From assembly GCF_050920415.1 (NCBI RefSeq), contig NZ_CP169309.1: a stretch of DNA of 64,000 bases, one strand, 5' to 3'. Below are positions 48,293-59,076 of the stretch, piece by piece (positions within the stretch are counted from its first letter, which is position 1; every line of letters begins with the position of its first letter). Source of the DNA: Escherichia coli (GTDB lineage Bacteria; Pseudomonadota; Gammaproteobacteria; Enterobacterales; Enterobacteriaceae). The position numbers and the translations under genes are program-made. The notes beneath the pieces are model-generated. The model saw nothing but the letters and a program-made list of their open reading frames with translations. It searched no databases and had not been told where the DNA came from.

Positions 48293-49105
48293 ATGGCACG
48301 CATTATTGTTGTTACTTCGGGCAAAGGGGGTGTTGGTAAGACAACCTCCAGCGCGGCCATCGCCACTGGTTTGGCCCAGAAGGGAAAGAAAACTGTCGTG
48401 ATAGATTTTGATATCGGCCTGCGTAATCTCGACCTGATTATGGGTTGTGAACGCCGGGTCGTTTACGATTTCGTCAACGTCATTCAGGGCGATGCAACGC
48501 TAAATCAGGCGTTAATTAAAGATAAGCGTACTGAAAATCTCTATATTCTTCCGGCATCGCAAACACGCGATAAAGATGCCCTTACCCGTGAAGGGGTCGC
48601 CAAAGTTCTTGATGATCTGAAAGCGATGGACTTTGAATTTATCGTTTGTGACTCCCCGGCAGGGATTGAAACCGGTGCGTTAATGGCACTCTATTTTGCA
48701 GACGAAGCCATTATTACCACCAACCCGGAAGTCTCCTCAGTACGCGACTCTGACCGTATTTTAGGCATTCTGGCGTCGAAATCACGCCGCGCAGAAAATG
48801 GCGAAGAGCCTATTAAAGAGCATCTGCTGTTAACGCGCTATAACCCAGGCCGCGTGAGCAGAGGTGACATGTTGAGCATGGAAGATGTGCTGGAGATCCT
48901 GCGCATCAAACTCGTCGGCGTGATTCCTGAGGATCAATCAGTATTGCGCGCCTCTAACCAGGGTGAACCGGTCATTCTCGACATTAACGCCGATGCGGGT
49001 AAAGCCTACGCAGATACCGTAGAACGTCTGTTGGGAGAAGAACGTCCTTTCCGCTTCATTGAAGAAGAGAAGAAAGGCTTCCTCAAACGCTTGTTCGGAG
49101 GATAA
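48293..49105 (+). CDS. minD: Septum site-determining ATPase MinD
   Basis: 270-aa ORF with deviant Walker A GKGGVGKTT. Confidence 0.95.
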   Translation: MARIIVVTSGKGGVGKTTSSAAIATGLAQKGKKTVVIDFDIGLRNLDLIMGCERRVVYDFVNVIQGDATLNQALIKDKRTENLYILPASQTRDKDALTREGVAKVLDDLKAMDFEFIVCDSPAGIETGALMALYFADEAIITTNPEVSSVRDSDRILGILASKSRRAENGEEPIKEHLLLTRYNPGRVSRGDMLSMEDVLEILRIKLVGVIPEDQSVLRASNQGEPVILDINADAGKAYADTVERLLGEERPFRFIEEEKKGFLKRLFGG

Positions 49106-49108
49106 GTT

Positions 49109-49375
49109 ATGGCATTACTCGATTTCTTTCTCTCGCGGAAGAAAAACACGGCCAACATTGCAAAAGAACGGCTGCAGATTATTGTTGCTGAACGCCGTCG
49201 CAGCGATGCTGAACCGCATTATCTACCGCAGTTGCGTAAAGATATTCTTGAGGTCATTTGTAAATACGTACAAATTGATCCTGAGATGGTAACCGTACAG
49301 CTTGAGCAAAAAGATGGCGATATTTCTATTCTTGAGCTGAACGTGACTTTACCGGAAGCTGAAGAGCTGAAATAA
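49109..49375 (+). CDS. minE: Cell division topological specificity factor MinE
   Basis: 88-aa ORF ([31 protein letters not shown]...). Confidence 0.95.
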
Positions 49376-49401
49376 GCCCGCTGTAAAAGCGCATTTATCT
49401 T

Positions 49402-49433
49402 CAAGGCAGAGTCATCTCTGCCTTGAGTTTTTC
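49402..49433 (+). terminator. Intrinsic terminator downstream of minE
   Basis: caaggcagag-tcat-ctctgccttg stem-loop followed by agTTTTTc. Confidence 0.75.
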
Positions 49434-49746
49434 ATTCCTCTCATCCACGTTTAGTAAGCGCGGCGAGCATTCTTGCTGATGCGACGCATTGCTATTTCTC
49501 CCTCCCCCTTTACACCTTAATGCTGTTCCCATATACAGAACAAAATGTTTATGCCTGGTTGAGTAGATAACCTTATTGTTAGCATGGGTATACTGGGCGA
49601 TGATAACCCCGCAATTTCATTATTCATTGTTCTCCCATAGGATGAGGTTTCCCGCCGTAACTGGCGGGCTTTTTTTGCCTCAGCATTTTCCCTTGTAACA
49701 CCCTGTAAATGAAAACTGCGCCGAAGCGCAGTTTAATTACTGATTG

Positions 49747-52700
49747 TCAGAACGACCAGTTCACACCAGCCACCGCGTTCCACGGGGATTCCACACTGGC
49801 ACCATGGCTATACCCCACCCCGAGATGCCCGCTTAACGAACTGCTGAATGAGGCTTTAATACCTGCCTGGTATATTCCACGTCTGCCCGACAAATCATTG
49901 ACAAAATTACCGTCATTATTCACTTTCACCCGGTTATCATCGACAAATTCTTTGCGCACAGCCGCCTTCAGCCACGGCTCTACTTCCATGCCGTTCCCCA
50001 GACGCATGTTGTAACTCAGCGTTGCGCCCAGTTCACGATATATACTGCGGGTATCGACTGATTTCGATTCCATACCATTGGATAAATGATATTCGGGGTT
50101 GTCAGCGGTTAACCCCGTTAACGATGCATACGGCGTCAGGTTCCAGTTACCATCGGTAAATCGCATCCCGGTTTCAATGTGACCGCCCAGCCCGTTGCTG
50201 CGATAACTGCCGTTGGCGGCTCCACCGCTGCTCATTTTACCGGCTACGTTACTTTCAAAGCGGTTCAGCTTCACGATACCGTCCAGATAGAAACCACTTT
50301 CATGTTCCCAGCTGACATAGCCCCCCAGAGAATAACTGCCCACACTGCCATGTCCTCCACGATCAAAACCGATATGTGAATGGGAATAACCCATAAAAGC
50401 GCCCAGCGTCGCAATCCCCTCAGGAATATCATTACGGCTATCGATCCCCACCGTCATTCCGGTCAGCGTCTGCTCAAACCCGGCACCCGCATCGGTGGTG
50501 ACATTATTACGGGTGTTATACGTCGTCCCCCAGACATTATTGTTGTGTGGACTCGCTTTCATTATGTTCAACCGCTCGCGAATACTGTTTAGCTCAGCAT
50601 CAAAGACCAACGGTAATGTTGCTGCCATATTGAGTACGGCTGCCGTAGAAGGCGTGATGCGTTTCTCCGGGACGGGTGTCGGCGTTGGATCGGGAGTCGG
50701 GTCTGGTTTCGGATCCGGTTTTGGGTCTGGTTTTGGATCCGGTTTCGGATTTGGGTTGGGGTCCGGGTTGGGTTTGACATCATTGGTCAGGTTCCAGTTG
50801 CTGTTGCCGTCGCTTTTCAGGACATACTCATAGGTCCCAAGATCAACGAAACCGCCGGTATTACCCAGCGTAAACGAAGCATCCCCTCCCCCTGTTTTCA
50901 CCAGCGTCATCGCGTCGTCAGACTGAGGGCTGACGCCGGTATCCTGAACAAAGATTTTAAAATTGCCAGTGGCGTTGTTGTTGACGACCAGTTGATCGCC
51001 CCGGGAGCCTGCAACGTTGGTATGCAGGTAGAAATTACCGCTGCCGGAAAGTTCACTGGTGGTCAGCGTATTGTAGATACCGTTAGTTGTGGCAGGCGCT
51101 GCTGTTTGTGCTGATAAATAAACATCACCGTCGTTGAGGAGCAAACTGTTTACTCTATATTCGCAGTTGCTGGTGCCTGCACAGGAATTATTGCTGTTAA
51201 GCCAGACACTGCCCCGGCTGGCAGCCGTCAGGTCGGCAAGCGTCGTATCGACGCCATTTCCGATAGTTAATGTCGCGCTATCGGTAATCCGGACCACCCC
51301 TTCAAGTTTAACTGGCGTAACATTATCCCGTGGCGTCATTAACGACAGGCTTCCTGTCGCGCCACTGACCGATGCATCCGCCAGCGTACCTGCGTAGACG
51401 ATTGCCGTCCCGCCAGCGACCTGTAGATCTTCTGCCCGGGCCAGAGCCTGAAACTCATCTTTTGACCGACCAAGGGTATATTGCCCACCGGAATTAACCT
51501 TTGTGGCGAAGTCCTGACCCAGGTTTTGCATTGCCCCACCGTTGCCAACCGTGGAATCGCGAGCTTCGGTACCTGCTAATACCAATAAATTACCGCCATT
51601 TTCCAGCAGCACATTGGTCGCTAAATTTCCGGCAATGGAAAAGGTGCCGTACTGGTGAGTACCGCTGATTTCAATACCGTTAGCCGTGCTCGTCTGGAGA
51701 GCGGCACCGCTGTTCTGGATGATATCTGTCGCTTTGCCATTATCGTTGACTGTCAGCGTACCGCCTTCATTAATCGTTGTTTTTACTGCCTCACCGTTAG
51801 CCGAAACTGTTTGTATTCCGCCGTCGTTAATCGTTGTCTCAGTCGCCACACCCTCGACGATTTGTTCACCGCCGGTAAGCATCGTGCCAGTCGCAGTGGC
51901 TTTTGTTTTGACGATCTCCCGTCCGCCCGCATTGACCTGTGTTTTGGCGGAAGTGGTGTCTGACTCCACGGTTAACACGCCGCCATTTGCCAGCAGGATA
52001 TTGTTCGCCGCATCCTGCTCGATGCTGAACGCGACGCCATCAGCGCGTGTCCCTGTGACCCGCGTCGCCCTGGTGGTTGCCACCAACGCGCCCTGGCTAC
52101 TCTGCTGTATCCCCGTAGCGCTGCCTTTCTCCCGCACATCGAGTGTGCCGCCGTCATTAAGTACCGAGTTTTCAGCCAGACCGCCCTCATTAACTACCTG
52201 TGAACCGCCATTAATAATGGAACCTTCCGTTGTCCCGTTTGCCATAATTTGTTGTAGGCCAGAGACGATATCGGTATTGATCGCCTTACCATAATTCTGA
52301 ACGGTTTGCGTGCCGCCTTTGATGTGCGTTTTATCTGTTGACCCACCATCAACAATTTGTTCACCACTTTCGATATTTGCCTCAGTGGCTAAACCATATA
52401 CCGTTTGCTTGCCACCTTTGATATTTGCTTTATCAGAAGTGGCACTGGCATATATTGTTTGGGTGCCCGCACTATTGAGTACAGTGCCAACATCTTTTCC
52501 ATAAACATCCATTTTGCCGTTGGCATTAATAATCGTATCAACTGCCCGGGAACCAGTAACGACTGTTAATGAGCCAGCGTTTTCCAGCACTACATTTTTA
52601 GCTTCTGAATTCCTGATGTAGAAAGCATCACCATAACTGTTGGTTCCTTCGATAAGTGTTCCGGAAGTCGTGGAAGCAATTAATGCGCCGCCGGATTGTT

Positions 52701-54429
52701 GCTCAACATGCTTAGCCTCACCACCGTCCTGAACCTCCAGAACGCCACCATTATTAAGTCTGGTGGTATCTGTTTTAGCCTCCTTCTGGACAATCAGCTT
52801 ACCGCCAGCATCAACGGTAGTATTTTTCGCCGTGGTTTTAGCCACTACCGTCAGTTCGCCGGTATTTTCCAGCACAACATAATTAGCCTCCCCTCCGGTA
52901 ATAGTGAAGTGAGAGAGCTTGTTGTATCCTTCAATATCAGTCCCTGCGCCCGTGTTGGCAACTAAAGCACTGCCCGTCTCCTGGTTAACCCCATGTGCGA
53001 TACCACCGGTATAGACAATCAGCGAGCCTCCGGCGCTAATATTGCTGCCAGTTGCCGTACCATCTTTCTCAACAACCTGCCGGCTCCCGGAGGAGATATT
53101 TGTCGTGTCAGCTTTCCCGCCGCTCTTGATATTTTGTGTTCCGCTGTTGATATTGGTTCCCGTGGCAATACCATGATTATTAATATTCTGTGTGCCACCA
53201 TTAATTATGGTATTTGTCGCGTTTCCGGCAACATCCATAACCCCGCCATTATCTATTCGGGTCGCATCAGCTTTAGCATTCGTTAAAACTGACATTGTTC
53301 CTTTATCTTTAATAACCGTCTTGTTTGCCGAACCATATGCGTTTATGTCTAAATGGCCACCGTTTTCCAGCAACACATTGTCTGCCACGTGATTGTGGAT
53401 GGAGAATGCCCCTTCACTATTCGTACCGCTCACCGTCGACCTGTCAGTCATTGCTTTTAAAGCCGCGCCATCGTGCTGGGTAACATTCGTTGCCGTACCC
53501 TCTCTAACATCAAGCACGCCACCGGAATATATTTCAATAACATTCGAGGTGCTCCTGCTATCAACAATTTGCGTCCCACCAGAATAGATCGTGGTAGTGT
53601 GCGCCGTTGACGTGTTTTGCAGCGTCTGCATTCCTCCATTTTTAATGGTGGTTATTTGTGCAGTGCTTGAATCAACATCCTGTCGACCACCATCTATTGT
53701 GGTGTCCAGCGCATGGCTCTTAATTGTTCTTTGGTCACCTCCATTTTTAATGATAGTGTTTTCTACAATACTCGAATCTACATACTGTCGGCCCCCATCT
53801 ATTGTTGTGTTCGTTGCCAGACTTCCTTGTGTGATGTTCTGAGAACCAGATGTATTTATCGTCGTACCGTCAACATGCCCCTGAGCTGTTACTGTTTGTT
53901 TACCACCATCAATGACAGTCCCGTTTGCTCTCCCTCCTTCGACGTATGAATTACCATTCTTAATTATCGTGCCATTGCTGGTACCATCCTTATAAATGTA
54001 CTGATTGCCACTCTCGATTAACGTGCCATTGCTGGTACCACCGTTATAAACTTGCTGATTGCCACTCGCGATTATCGTACCGCTAGAATTCCCACCATTA
54101 TAAATTACCTGTGTACCCCCATGAAGGATTGTATTATTAGCTTGCCCCTGATAATTGTTATGGTTTGCTACATCTTGTTGTCCACCCATTTCAATAATAC
54201 TTCCATTAGACACCCCACCAAATACAGTCTGGTGGCCGTGATTAATGATATGAGTATCATTAGTTGTCCCCCGTTCATCTACTATTTGCTCGCCATCCAC
54301 AGTTTCACCATTTACGATACCAGTAACGATTGATGTGAAAGCAGCCTCTCCAGGCTGGGCATATATCAAGGCAGATATCAATAAGGAAAGTACTGAACGG
54401 CGAAAATAATAGCGACTGGTCCTGTTCAT
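49747..54429 (-). CDS. Large AIDA-type autotransporter adhesin, apparently intact (corresponds to the locus I recall as an autotransporter pseudogene in K-12)
   Basis: ORF 49747..54558; start placed at the ATG at 54429 (MNRTSRYYFRRSVLSLLISALIYA, RBS agga 9 nt upstream; alternative ATG at 54438), giving about 1560 aa; long Gly/Thr/Asn-rich repetitive passenger, Pro-rich linker (PNPDPNPNPKPDPKPDPKPDP...), C-terminal beta-barrel ending ...GVNWSF. Confidence 0.8.
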   Translation of the reverse strand: MNRTSRYYFRRSVLSLLISALIYAQPGEAAFTSIVTGIVNGETVDGEQIVDERGTTNDTHIINHGHQTVFGGVSNGSIIEMGGQQDVANHNNYQGQANNTILHGGTQVIYNGGNSSGTIIASGNQQVYNGGTSNGTLIESGNQYIYKDGTSNGTIIKNGNSYVEGGRANGTVIDGGKQTVTAQGHVDGTTINTSGSQNITQGSLATNTTIDGGRQYVDSSIVENTIIKNGGDQRTIKSHALDTTIDGGRQDVDSSTAQITTIKNGGMQTLQNTSTAHTTTIYSGGTQIVDSRSTSNVIEIYSGGVLDVREGTATNVTQHDGAALKAMTDRSTVSGTNSEGAFSIHNHVADNVLLENGGHLDINAYGSANKTVIKDKGTMSVLTNAKADATRIDNGGVMDVAGNATNTIINGGTQNINNHGIATGTNINSGTQNIKSGGKADTTNISSGSRQVVEKDGTATGSNISAGGSLIVYTGGIAHGVNQETGSALVANTGAGTDIEGYNKLSHFTITGGEANYVVLENTGELTVVAKTTAKNTTVDAGGKLIVQKEAKTDTTRLNNGGVLEVQDGGEAKHVEQQSGGALIASTTSGTLIEGTNSYGDAFYIRNSEAKNVVLENAGSLTVVTGSRAVDTIINANGKMDVYGKDVGTVLNSAGTQTIYASATSDKANIKGGKQTVYGLATEANIESGEQIVDGGSTDKTHIKGGTQTVQNYGKAINTDIVSGLQQIMANGTTEGSIINGGSQVVNEGGLAENSVLNDGGTLDVREKGSATGIQQSSQGALVATTRATRVTGTRADGVAFSIEQDAANNILLANGGVLTVESDTTSAKTQVNAGGREIVKTKATATGTMLTGGEQIVEGVATETTINDGGIQTVSANGEAVKTTINEGGTLTVNDNGKATDIIQNSGAALQTSTANGIEISGTHQYGTFSIAGNLATNVLLENGGNLLVLAGTEARDSTVGNGGAMQNLGQDFATKVNSGGQYTLGRSKDEFQALARAEDLQVAGGTAIVYAGTLADASVSGATGSLSLMTPRDNVTPVKLEGVVRITDSATLTIGNGVDTTLADLTAASRGSVWLNSNNSCAGTSNCEYRVNSLLLNDGDVYLSAQTAAPATTNGIYNTLTTSELSGSGNFYLHTNVAGSRGDQLVVNNNATGNFKIFVQDTGVSPQSDDAMTLVKTGGGDASFTLGNTGGFVDLGTYEYVLKSDGNSNWNLTNDVKPNPDPNPNPKPDPKPDPKPDPKPDPTPDPTPTPVPEKRITPSTAAVLNMAATLPLVFDAELNSIRERLNIMKASPHNNNVWGTTYNTRNNVTTDAGAGFEQTLTGMTVGIDSRNDIPEGIATLGAFMGYSHSHIGFDRGGHGSVGSYSLGGYVSWEHESGFYLDGIVKLNRFESNVAGKMSSGGAANGSYRSNGLGGHIETGMRFTDGNWNLTPYASLTGLTADNPEYHLSNGMESKSVDTRSIYRELGATLSYNMRLGNGMEVEPWLKAAVRKEFVDDNRVKVNNDGNFVNDLSGRRGIYQAGIKASFSSSLSGHLGVGYSHGASVESPWNAVAGVNWSF

Positions 54430-55032
54430 AAATTTCATCCTCTGAAAAGTGAATACTGAGTAGCGGGTAAGCGACCTTAGCTCTGCTGCAACATCGGCCC
54501 ACAGGCACCAGACCAGGGGATTCATCCTTAAGAGACAGCGCAAGTGTATTGTGTTCACCGCTCATCAAAGACATCATGATGAAATGATGATATTCCGCAT
54601 AAGAAAGAGGCATTTTTAGACGCATCGCGCTGAAGTGTGGTTGAATAAAAATCAATCTTTTCAGATAAGACTGTCGTACTCTTATTTTGCGGAAATAAGG
54701 CCGTCGGCAAAGTAAAATGACTCACATAATTGTTTCTGATGAATATCTTCTACTCACATGAATATTACACAATAATATTGATGCATCAGATTATCTTACC
54801 TTTACAACATCACGTTAACAGCCAATGACACTTCTTGAATAAAAATATTGTCAATCAAAGAGTTATTTTTTATTTAAGATTATTCTCATTCAAGTAAAAG
54901 ACATAATTCCTATCATCACAGCCACGCTCATTTTGAATTATCTGAATAATAGCGAGCGTTCTTTAGTTAAGCAGGTCTTAATTGAAGACGAAATTATTGT
55001 GTGTGCAACTTACTTAATACCGGACATCTAAG

Positions 55033-55377
55033 TTGAAGAAAAAAATACTCGCCTTCGGGCTTATCTCAGCATTGCTCTGCTCCGCGCCAGCGATGGCGGA
55101 TATGAATCGCACCACAAAAGGTGCACTACTTGGTGCAGGCGTTGGTTTACTTACTGGCAATGGCGTTAATGGCGTACTGAAAGGTGCAGCTGTTGGCGCT
55201 GGCGTTGGTGCAGTAACAGAAAAAGGCCGCGACGGCAAAAATGCGCGCAAAGGTGCAAAAGTGGGTGCCGCCGTTGGTGCTGTCACTGGCGTTCTGACCG
55301 GCAATGGCCTTGAAGGGGCGATTAAAGGTGCCGTAATTGGCGGTACGGGTGGTGCAATTCTGGGTAAAATGAAATAA
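55033..55377 (+). CDS. ymgG: Glycine-zipper small protein YmgG
   Basis: 114-aa ORF with signal peptide and repeated GxxxG/GAxVG motifs; apparent TTG start. Confidence 0.8.
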   Translation: MKKKILAFGLISALLCSAPAMADMNRTTKGALLGAGVGLLTGNGVNGVLKGAAVGAGVGAVTEKGRDGKNARKGAKVGAAVGAVTGVLTGNGLEGAIKGAVIGGTGGAILGKMK

Positions 55378-55386
55378 GGAATGATG

Positions 55387-55716
55387 ATGAAAAAATTTGC
55401 TTTACTGGCGGGTCTGTTTGTTTTCGCACCAATGACCTGGGCGCAGGACTACAATATTAAGAACGGTTTGCCGTCAGAAACCTATATTACTTGCGCAGAA
55501 GCCAACGAAATGGCAAAAACTGACAGCGCACAGGTTGCAGAAATTGTTGCGGTAATGGGTAATGCCAGCGTTGCCAGCCGTGATTTAAAAATTGAGCAAT
55601 CTCCGGAACTGAGCGCCAAAGTGGTAGAAAAACTGAACCAGGTTTGCGCTAAAGACCCGCAAATGCTGTTGATCACGGCAATTGATGACACCATGCGTGC
55701 TATCGGCAAAAAATAA
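55387..55716 (+). CDS. ymgD: Periplasmic protein YmgD
   Basis: ORF 55381..55716; start at MKKFALLAGLFVFAPMTWA (signal peptide), giving about 109 aa. Confidence 0.85.
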   Translation: MKKFALLAGLFVFAPMTWAQDYNIKNGLPSETYITCAEANEMAKTDSAQVAEIVAVMGNASVASRDLKIEQSPELSAKVVEKLNQVCAKDPQMLLITAIDDTMRAIGKK

Positions 55717-55891
55717 TATTTCGTCTGTTACCGCGTCGATTGATTCGACGCGGTGGTTGTATATAGTTCTACAATGAAACATCACACCCGCCAATACGCC
55801 CTCACAACAACAAGCAAAGCAATTTAATCGGCATTAAACCACAAGTACAACAATACTTATTACTATATAGCGGCTATAGCATAAAGAAAGA

Positions 55892-56110
55892 TTAGTGCTG
55901 ATCCCTGTGGCTAACGAGTTTTTCCCTTACTCGATTAACCAGATTGATCGCCAGCCAAACAAGGGCATTCAGCAAATTTATCGTCACAAGCACTTCTCCA
56001 AGCCCAGTACTGGGTTTTGCGATAAGGATGACCAGCAAGGTGATCAGCATAAATGCAATGGAAAAGATGATATAGAGAGTGAAATAATCCAGATTATTAC
56101 TATTGTTCAT
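55892..56110 (-). CDS. ymgF: Small inner-membrane protein YmgF
   Basis: ORF 55892..56146; start at MNNSNNLDYFTLYIIF..., giving 72 aa with two hydrophobic helices. Confidence 0.75.
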   Translation of the reverse strand: MNNSNNLDYFTLYIIFSIAFMLITLLVILIAKPSTGLGEVLVTINLLNALVWLAINLVNRVREKLVSHRDQH

Positions 56111-56241
56111 GCTACTAATGGCAATCCTGTCAAAACTTTCAAACAATTATAGCAAACAAAATAATGAACAATAGTAACAAGACGCAACGAGCTAATTAGC
56201 TGTCTATAATTACACCGCACCATGGTCTTAATGATCAATTT

Positions 56242-57765
56242 TTACTCAATCATAACCTTCACCTTCGGTTTAGAAAGGATAATTTTAACCAGGTCGATGT
56301 AGGTTACCGGTTTATAGAAATAATAACCCTGCTGAAATGTGATGTTGTTTTGATTCAGATAATCAAGCTGTTCTTTTGTTTCGACACCTTCAGCGACGAT
56401 ACTGATCGAAAGTTTACGCGCCAGATCCAGTACACAATCCAGAATCCTGGTTGATTCTGGGTCTGCATTGACACGACCAACAAAACTGTGATCAATTTTA
56501 ATATAATCAATATGCAGATCATGCAGATAAGAAAGCCCTGAATAGCCAGTACCAAAATCATCCAGTGCGATGACAAAACCATTTTCATGCAGAATGTTCA
56601 ACCGCTGAACCAGACTTTCATCAACATCTAATGATTCACGCTCGGTCACTTCCAGAACGAGGTTTAAATCGCGGCGGGTAAAACTGTCACGGAAAATTAA
56701 GCACTCGTCGACAAACGTCGGCGAAATAATATGCGAGGCACTAAAATTAATTCCGATATGAAAACCTTCCGGCAATTTACTCGCGATAGTGTTCATCTGT
56801 GTGACAACCTGATTCATCAGACTTTGTGTAAGCGGAACAATTAATCCAGATTTTTCAGCAAGTGGAATAAATGCCGCGGGTGAGATATATTTGCCGTGAG
56901 GTTGTTTCCAGCGGGCTAATACCTCAACTCCCCGCAATGACCCTTCCCGACCATTTACCACAGGTTGGTAAAAAGGGACAATCTCACCATTACTTATGGC
57001 CCGTCGCAGGACCTCTTCAGGCGTTGCGCTTTTATTAAAATACTTATCAAGCAGGTAGGCTGCGGCGCAGGCAATTAACAGAATGAATATCAAAACCCCT
57101 ACGCCATTATCGATAAGTCTGTAGAAGCTAAAGAATGGTGGTGGGTTAAAGATAATAGTGAAATGATATCTTGTGGAGTGAACCTTCTCAGTATAAGGAT
57201 AGTGTCCATTAAGCGTCATCACGTCACCGGTAGGTCCAATAATGTCATCCGCTACGCGTAATGCATACCTTACCCCTTTCAAGGGCACATTAAGCGCTCC
57301 ACGAATATGCTGATCACTTATCGTGACCAAAATACGCGTGTCTGCAAATTGGCTCTGATAGAGCAGGATAGGCAATCTATTGACGGTGTCGATTGCCGGA
57401 GCCAACAGTAAATTACTGTCAGGGAAAGCAGGAATACGAGACAGCAGGACTCGATTCCCCGGCAAGGATGTACACCAGACCATTCCGCGTTTGAGAATGA
57501 TGATTGTGCGCAAGTGAGGTTTCAGAGCTGCTTCAGTGCCAAGCTGATATTGCTCCTCGAGGTCGCATTCCTTCCCGGCAATGTTAACCGCCGCTTGAGT
57601 CGCCTGTGACGCTTCTTCAAGTATGTGATTGATATTGTTGACAGCATATCTCGCTCCCGCCGTATATGCTGCTTTTGCGGAATACCAAAGCTGGATATTC
57701 AAAATAGCGACACCGGTTATAAACAAGCATATCGCAACGAGGATGGGTATGAGTGTATTGCGCAT
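56242..57765 (-). CDS. pdeG: c-di-GMP phosphodiesterase PdeG (YcgG; CSS-motif sensor domain plus EAL domain)
   Basis: 507-aa ORF with N-terminal TM and periplasmic domain, C-terminal EAL domain (EVLARW..., DDFGTGYS). Confidence 0.88.
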   Translation of the reverse strand: MRNTLIPILVAICLFITGVAILNIQLWYSAKAAYTAGARYAVNNINHILEEASQATQAAVNIAGKECDLEEQYQLGTEAALKPHLRTIIILKRGMVWCTSLPGNRVLLSRIPAFPDSNLLLAPAIDTVNRLPILLYQSQFADTRILVTISDQHIRGALNVPLKGVRYALRVADDIIGPTGDVMTLNGHYPYTEKVHSTRYHFTIIFNPPPFFSFYRLIDNGVGVLIFILLIACAAAYLLDKYFNKSATPEEVLRRAISNGEIVPFYQPVVNGREGSLRGVEVLARWKQPHGKYISPAAFIPLAEKSGLIVPLTQSLMNQVVTQMNTIASKLPEGFHIGINFSASHIISPTFVDECLIFRDSFTRRDLNLVLEVTERESLDVDESLVQRLNILHENGFVIALDDFGTGYSGLSYLHDLHIDYIKIDHSFVGRVNADPESTRILDCVLDLARKLSISIVAEGVETKEQLDYLNQNNITFQQGYYFYKPVTYIDLVKIILSKPKVKVMIE

Positions 57766-58097
57766 TCGCTTGTCCCGGACTAAGGATTTTAATACATAAA
57801 ATGATGTTCATTCGCTCGTGCTGGCGTCTAAAGAGAGCATGGTAGAGAGCATAAGAAATATCCACGCCGAAGATAAAATTTTCTCCATCGTCATCTAACC
57901 TATTAATTATTGTGCTTAATGTGGGTAAAATTAAGCAAATCTGGCAGGATGTCAGACGTCAAGAATGGAGAACAATAGTTCTCCATTCTTGTTTAAACCC
58001 TGATATTCCGGATATATTAAGAAACATAACGACTTAAATTATTACTTTGCAACAGAATATGATACAGCTGATGGTAATTTTAAAACCTTACTCAGTT

Positions 58098-58346
58098 CTA
58101 AGAGAGCTCGGCTTCCCTGTCATTAATAATGACATCCGTTAGTGTTGTCTTATGCAATTCAATGTACTGCAAAATTTGCAGGTAGAGATCAGAAAGAATC
58201 ACACTCGTTTCATCTTTTAAACGCAAGCGTAAAGCCTGATCAATAATATGACTATTAACATACCCATGCGCCATGAACACCTCCCTCTCGAGATTTTTAA
58301 ATAAAGCACATTGAAAAATAAATCTCTCGGGAATTGAATTATTCAT
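58098..58346 (-). CDS. ymgC: Small protein YmgC
   Basis: 82-aa ORF, last gene of the ycgZ-ymgA-ariR-ymgC cluster. Confidence 0.85.
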   Translation of the reverse strand: MNNSIPERFIFQCALFKNLEREVFMAHGYVNSHIIDQALRLRLKDETSVILSDLYLQILQYIELHKTTLTDVIINDREAELS

Positions 58347-58466
58347 GTCAGCCTCGTAAAAATATCAATCCAATAGAATTATGCTGTGTATAGTCTAAGC
58401 GACAGACAAAAATAAGATGAATGAGTTTTCTATAAACTTATGCTAGTTATACTAAACAATAAAAAG

Positions 58467-58733
58467 TCACATATCATCAGCTGTGTATCGCAACACGATT
58501 TCCAGTGTTTTTCTAATCACATCAGCTTTGAGAATATCATTCGTTGTTTCCAGGGAGTGTATCAGACTTAAGATAATATTTTTATTATTAACATTATCTC
58601 CTGAAAGCATTAAATTGGTCACCGCCTGCCCTAATACAGCAGACTCTTCTTCTAACAAATTCCCCGAACTGCGAAAGTAACTTGATAACGCCTTATCAGT
58701 TATTGCGTTATGAATAGTAGTATCTTCAAGCAT
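58467..58733 (-). CDS. ariR: Acid-resistance/biofilm regulator AriR (YmgB)
   Basis: 88-aa ORF ([41 protein letters not shown]...). Confidence 0.9.
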   Translation of the reverse strand: MLEDTTIHNAITDKALSSYFRSSGNLLEEESAVLGQAVTNLMLSGDNVNNKNIILSLIHSLETTNDILKADVIRKTLEIVLRYTADDM

Positions 58734-58761
58734 GGTAACCTCTCATCTTACTTATGAAATT

Positions 58762-59034
58762 TTAATGTATTCTGTTTATTTTCTTACCATTGAATATACT
58801 TTTATTGTCAGCTATTGCTGCTCTTCTGTTAGGCCCTCCTGTATCACAGTTGCTAAAATCACGAATTATGCTATCAATTAAATCTCGTCGGAAGGCATTT
58901 TGTTCAACAGATTTCATTACGAGTAATTGCTTAATAAGAGTCTGCAACGAAAAATTTATCTTCATGCGTAATATCTGGAGCACCGCCTGGCCAGTAATTT
59001 CATGTTTTATACTTTCATTATCAGATGTCTTCAT
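58762..59034 (-). CDS. ymgA: Rcs-connector small protein YmgA
   Basis: 90-aa ORF matching YmgA as remembered. Confidence 0.88.
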   Translation of the reverse strand: MKTSDNESIKHEITGQAVLQILRMKINFSLQTLIKQLLVMKSVEQNAFRRDLIDSIIRDFSNCDTGGPNRRAAIADNKSIFNGKKINRIH

Positions 59035-59076
59035 AACGACTTCATAGTTAATCTGTCAAATAATCAGGCTGTCACA

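Noticed and set aside
50179-54333. Many plus-strand ORFs of 60-200 aa, including a Gly-Ser repeat ORF at 50495..50833
   Set aside because: Antisense shadows of the large autotransporter; the GSGFGSGFG translation is the reverse-frame image of the Pro-rich linker repeats.
54305-54558. Upstream extension of the autotransporter ORF (MNTIHLRCLLRMNPLVW...) and the overlapping 54305..54655 ORF
   Set aside because: No signal-peptide character or RBS; the ATG at 54429 has an RBS and begins a typical extended autotransporter signal peptide.
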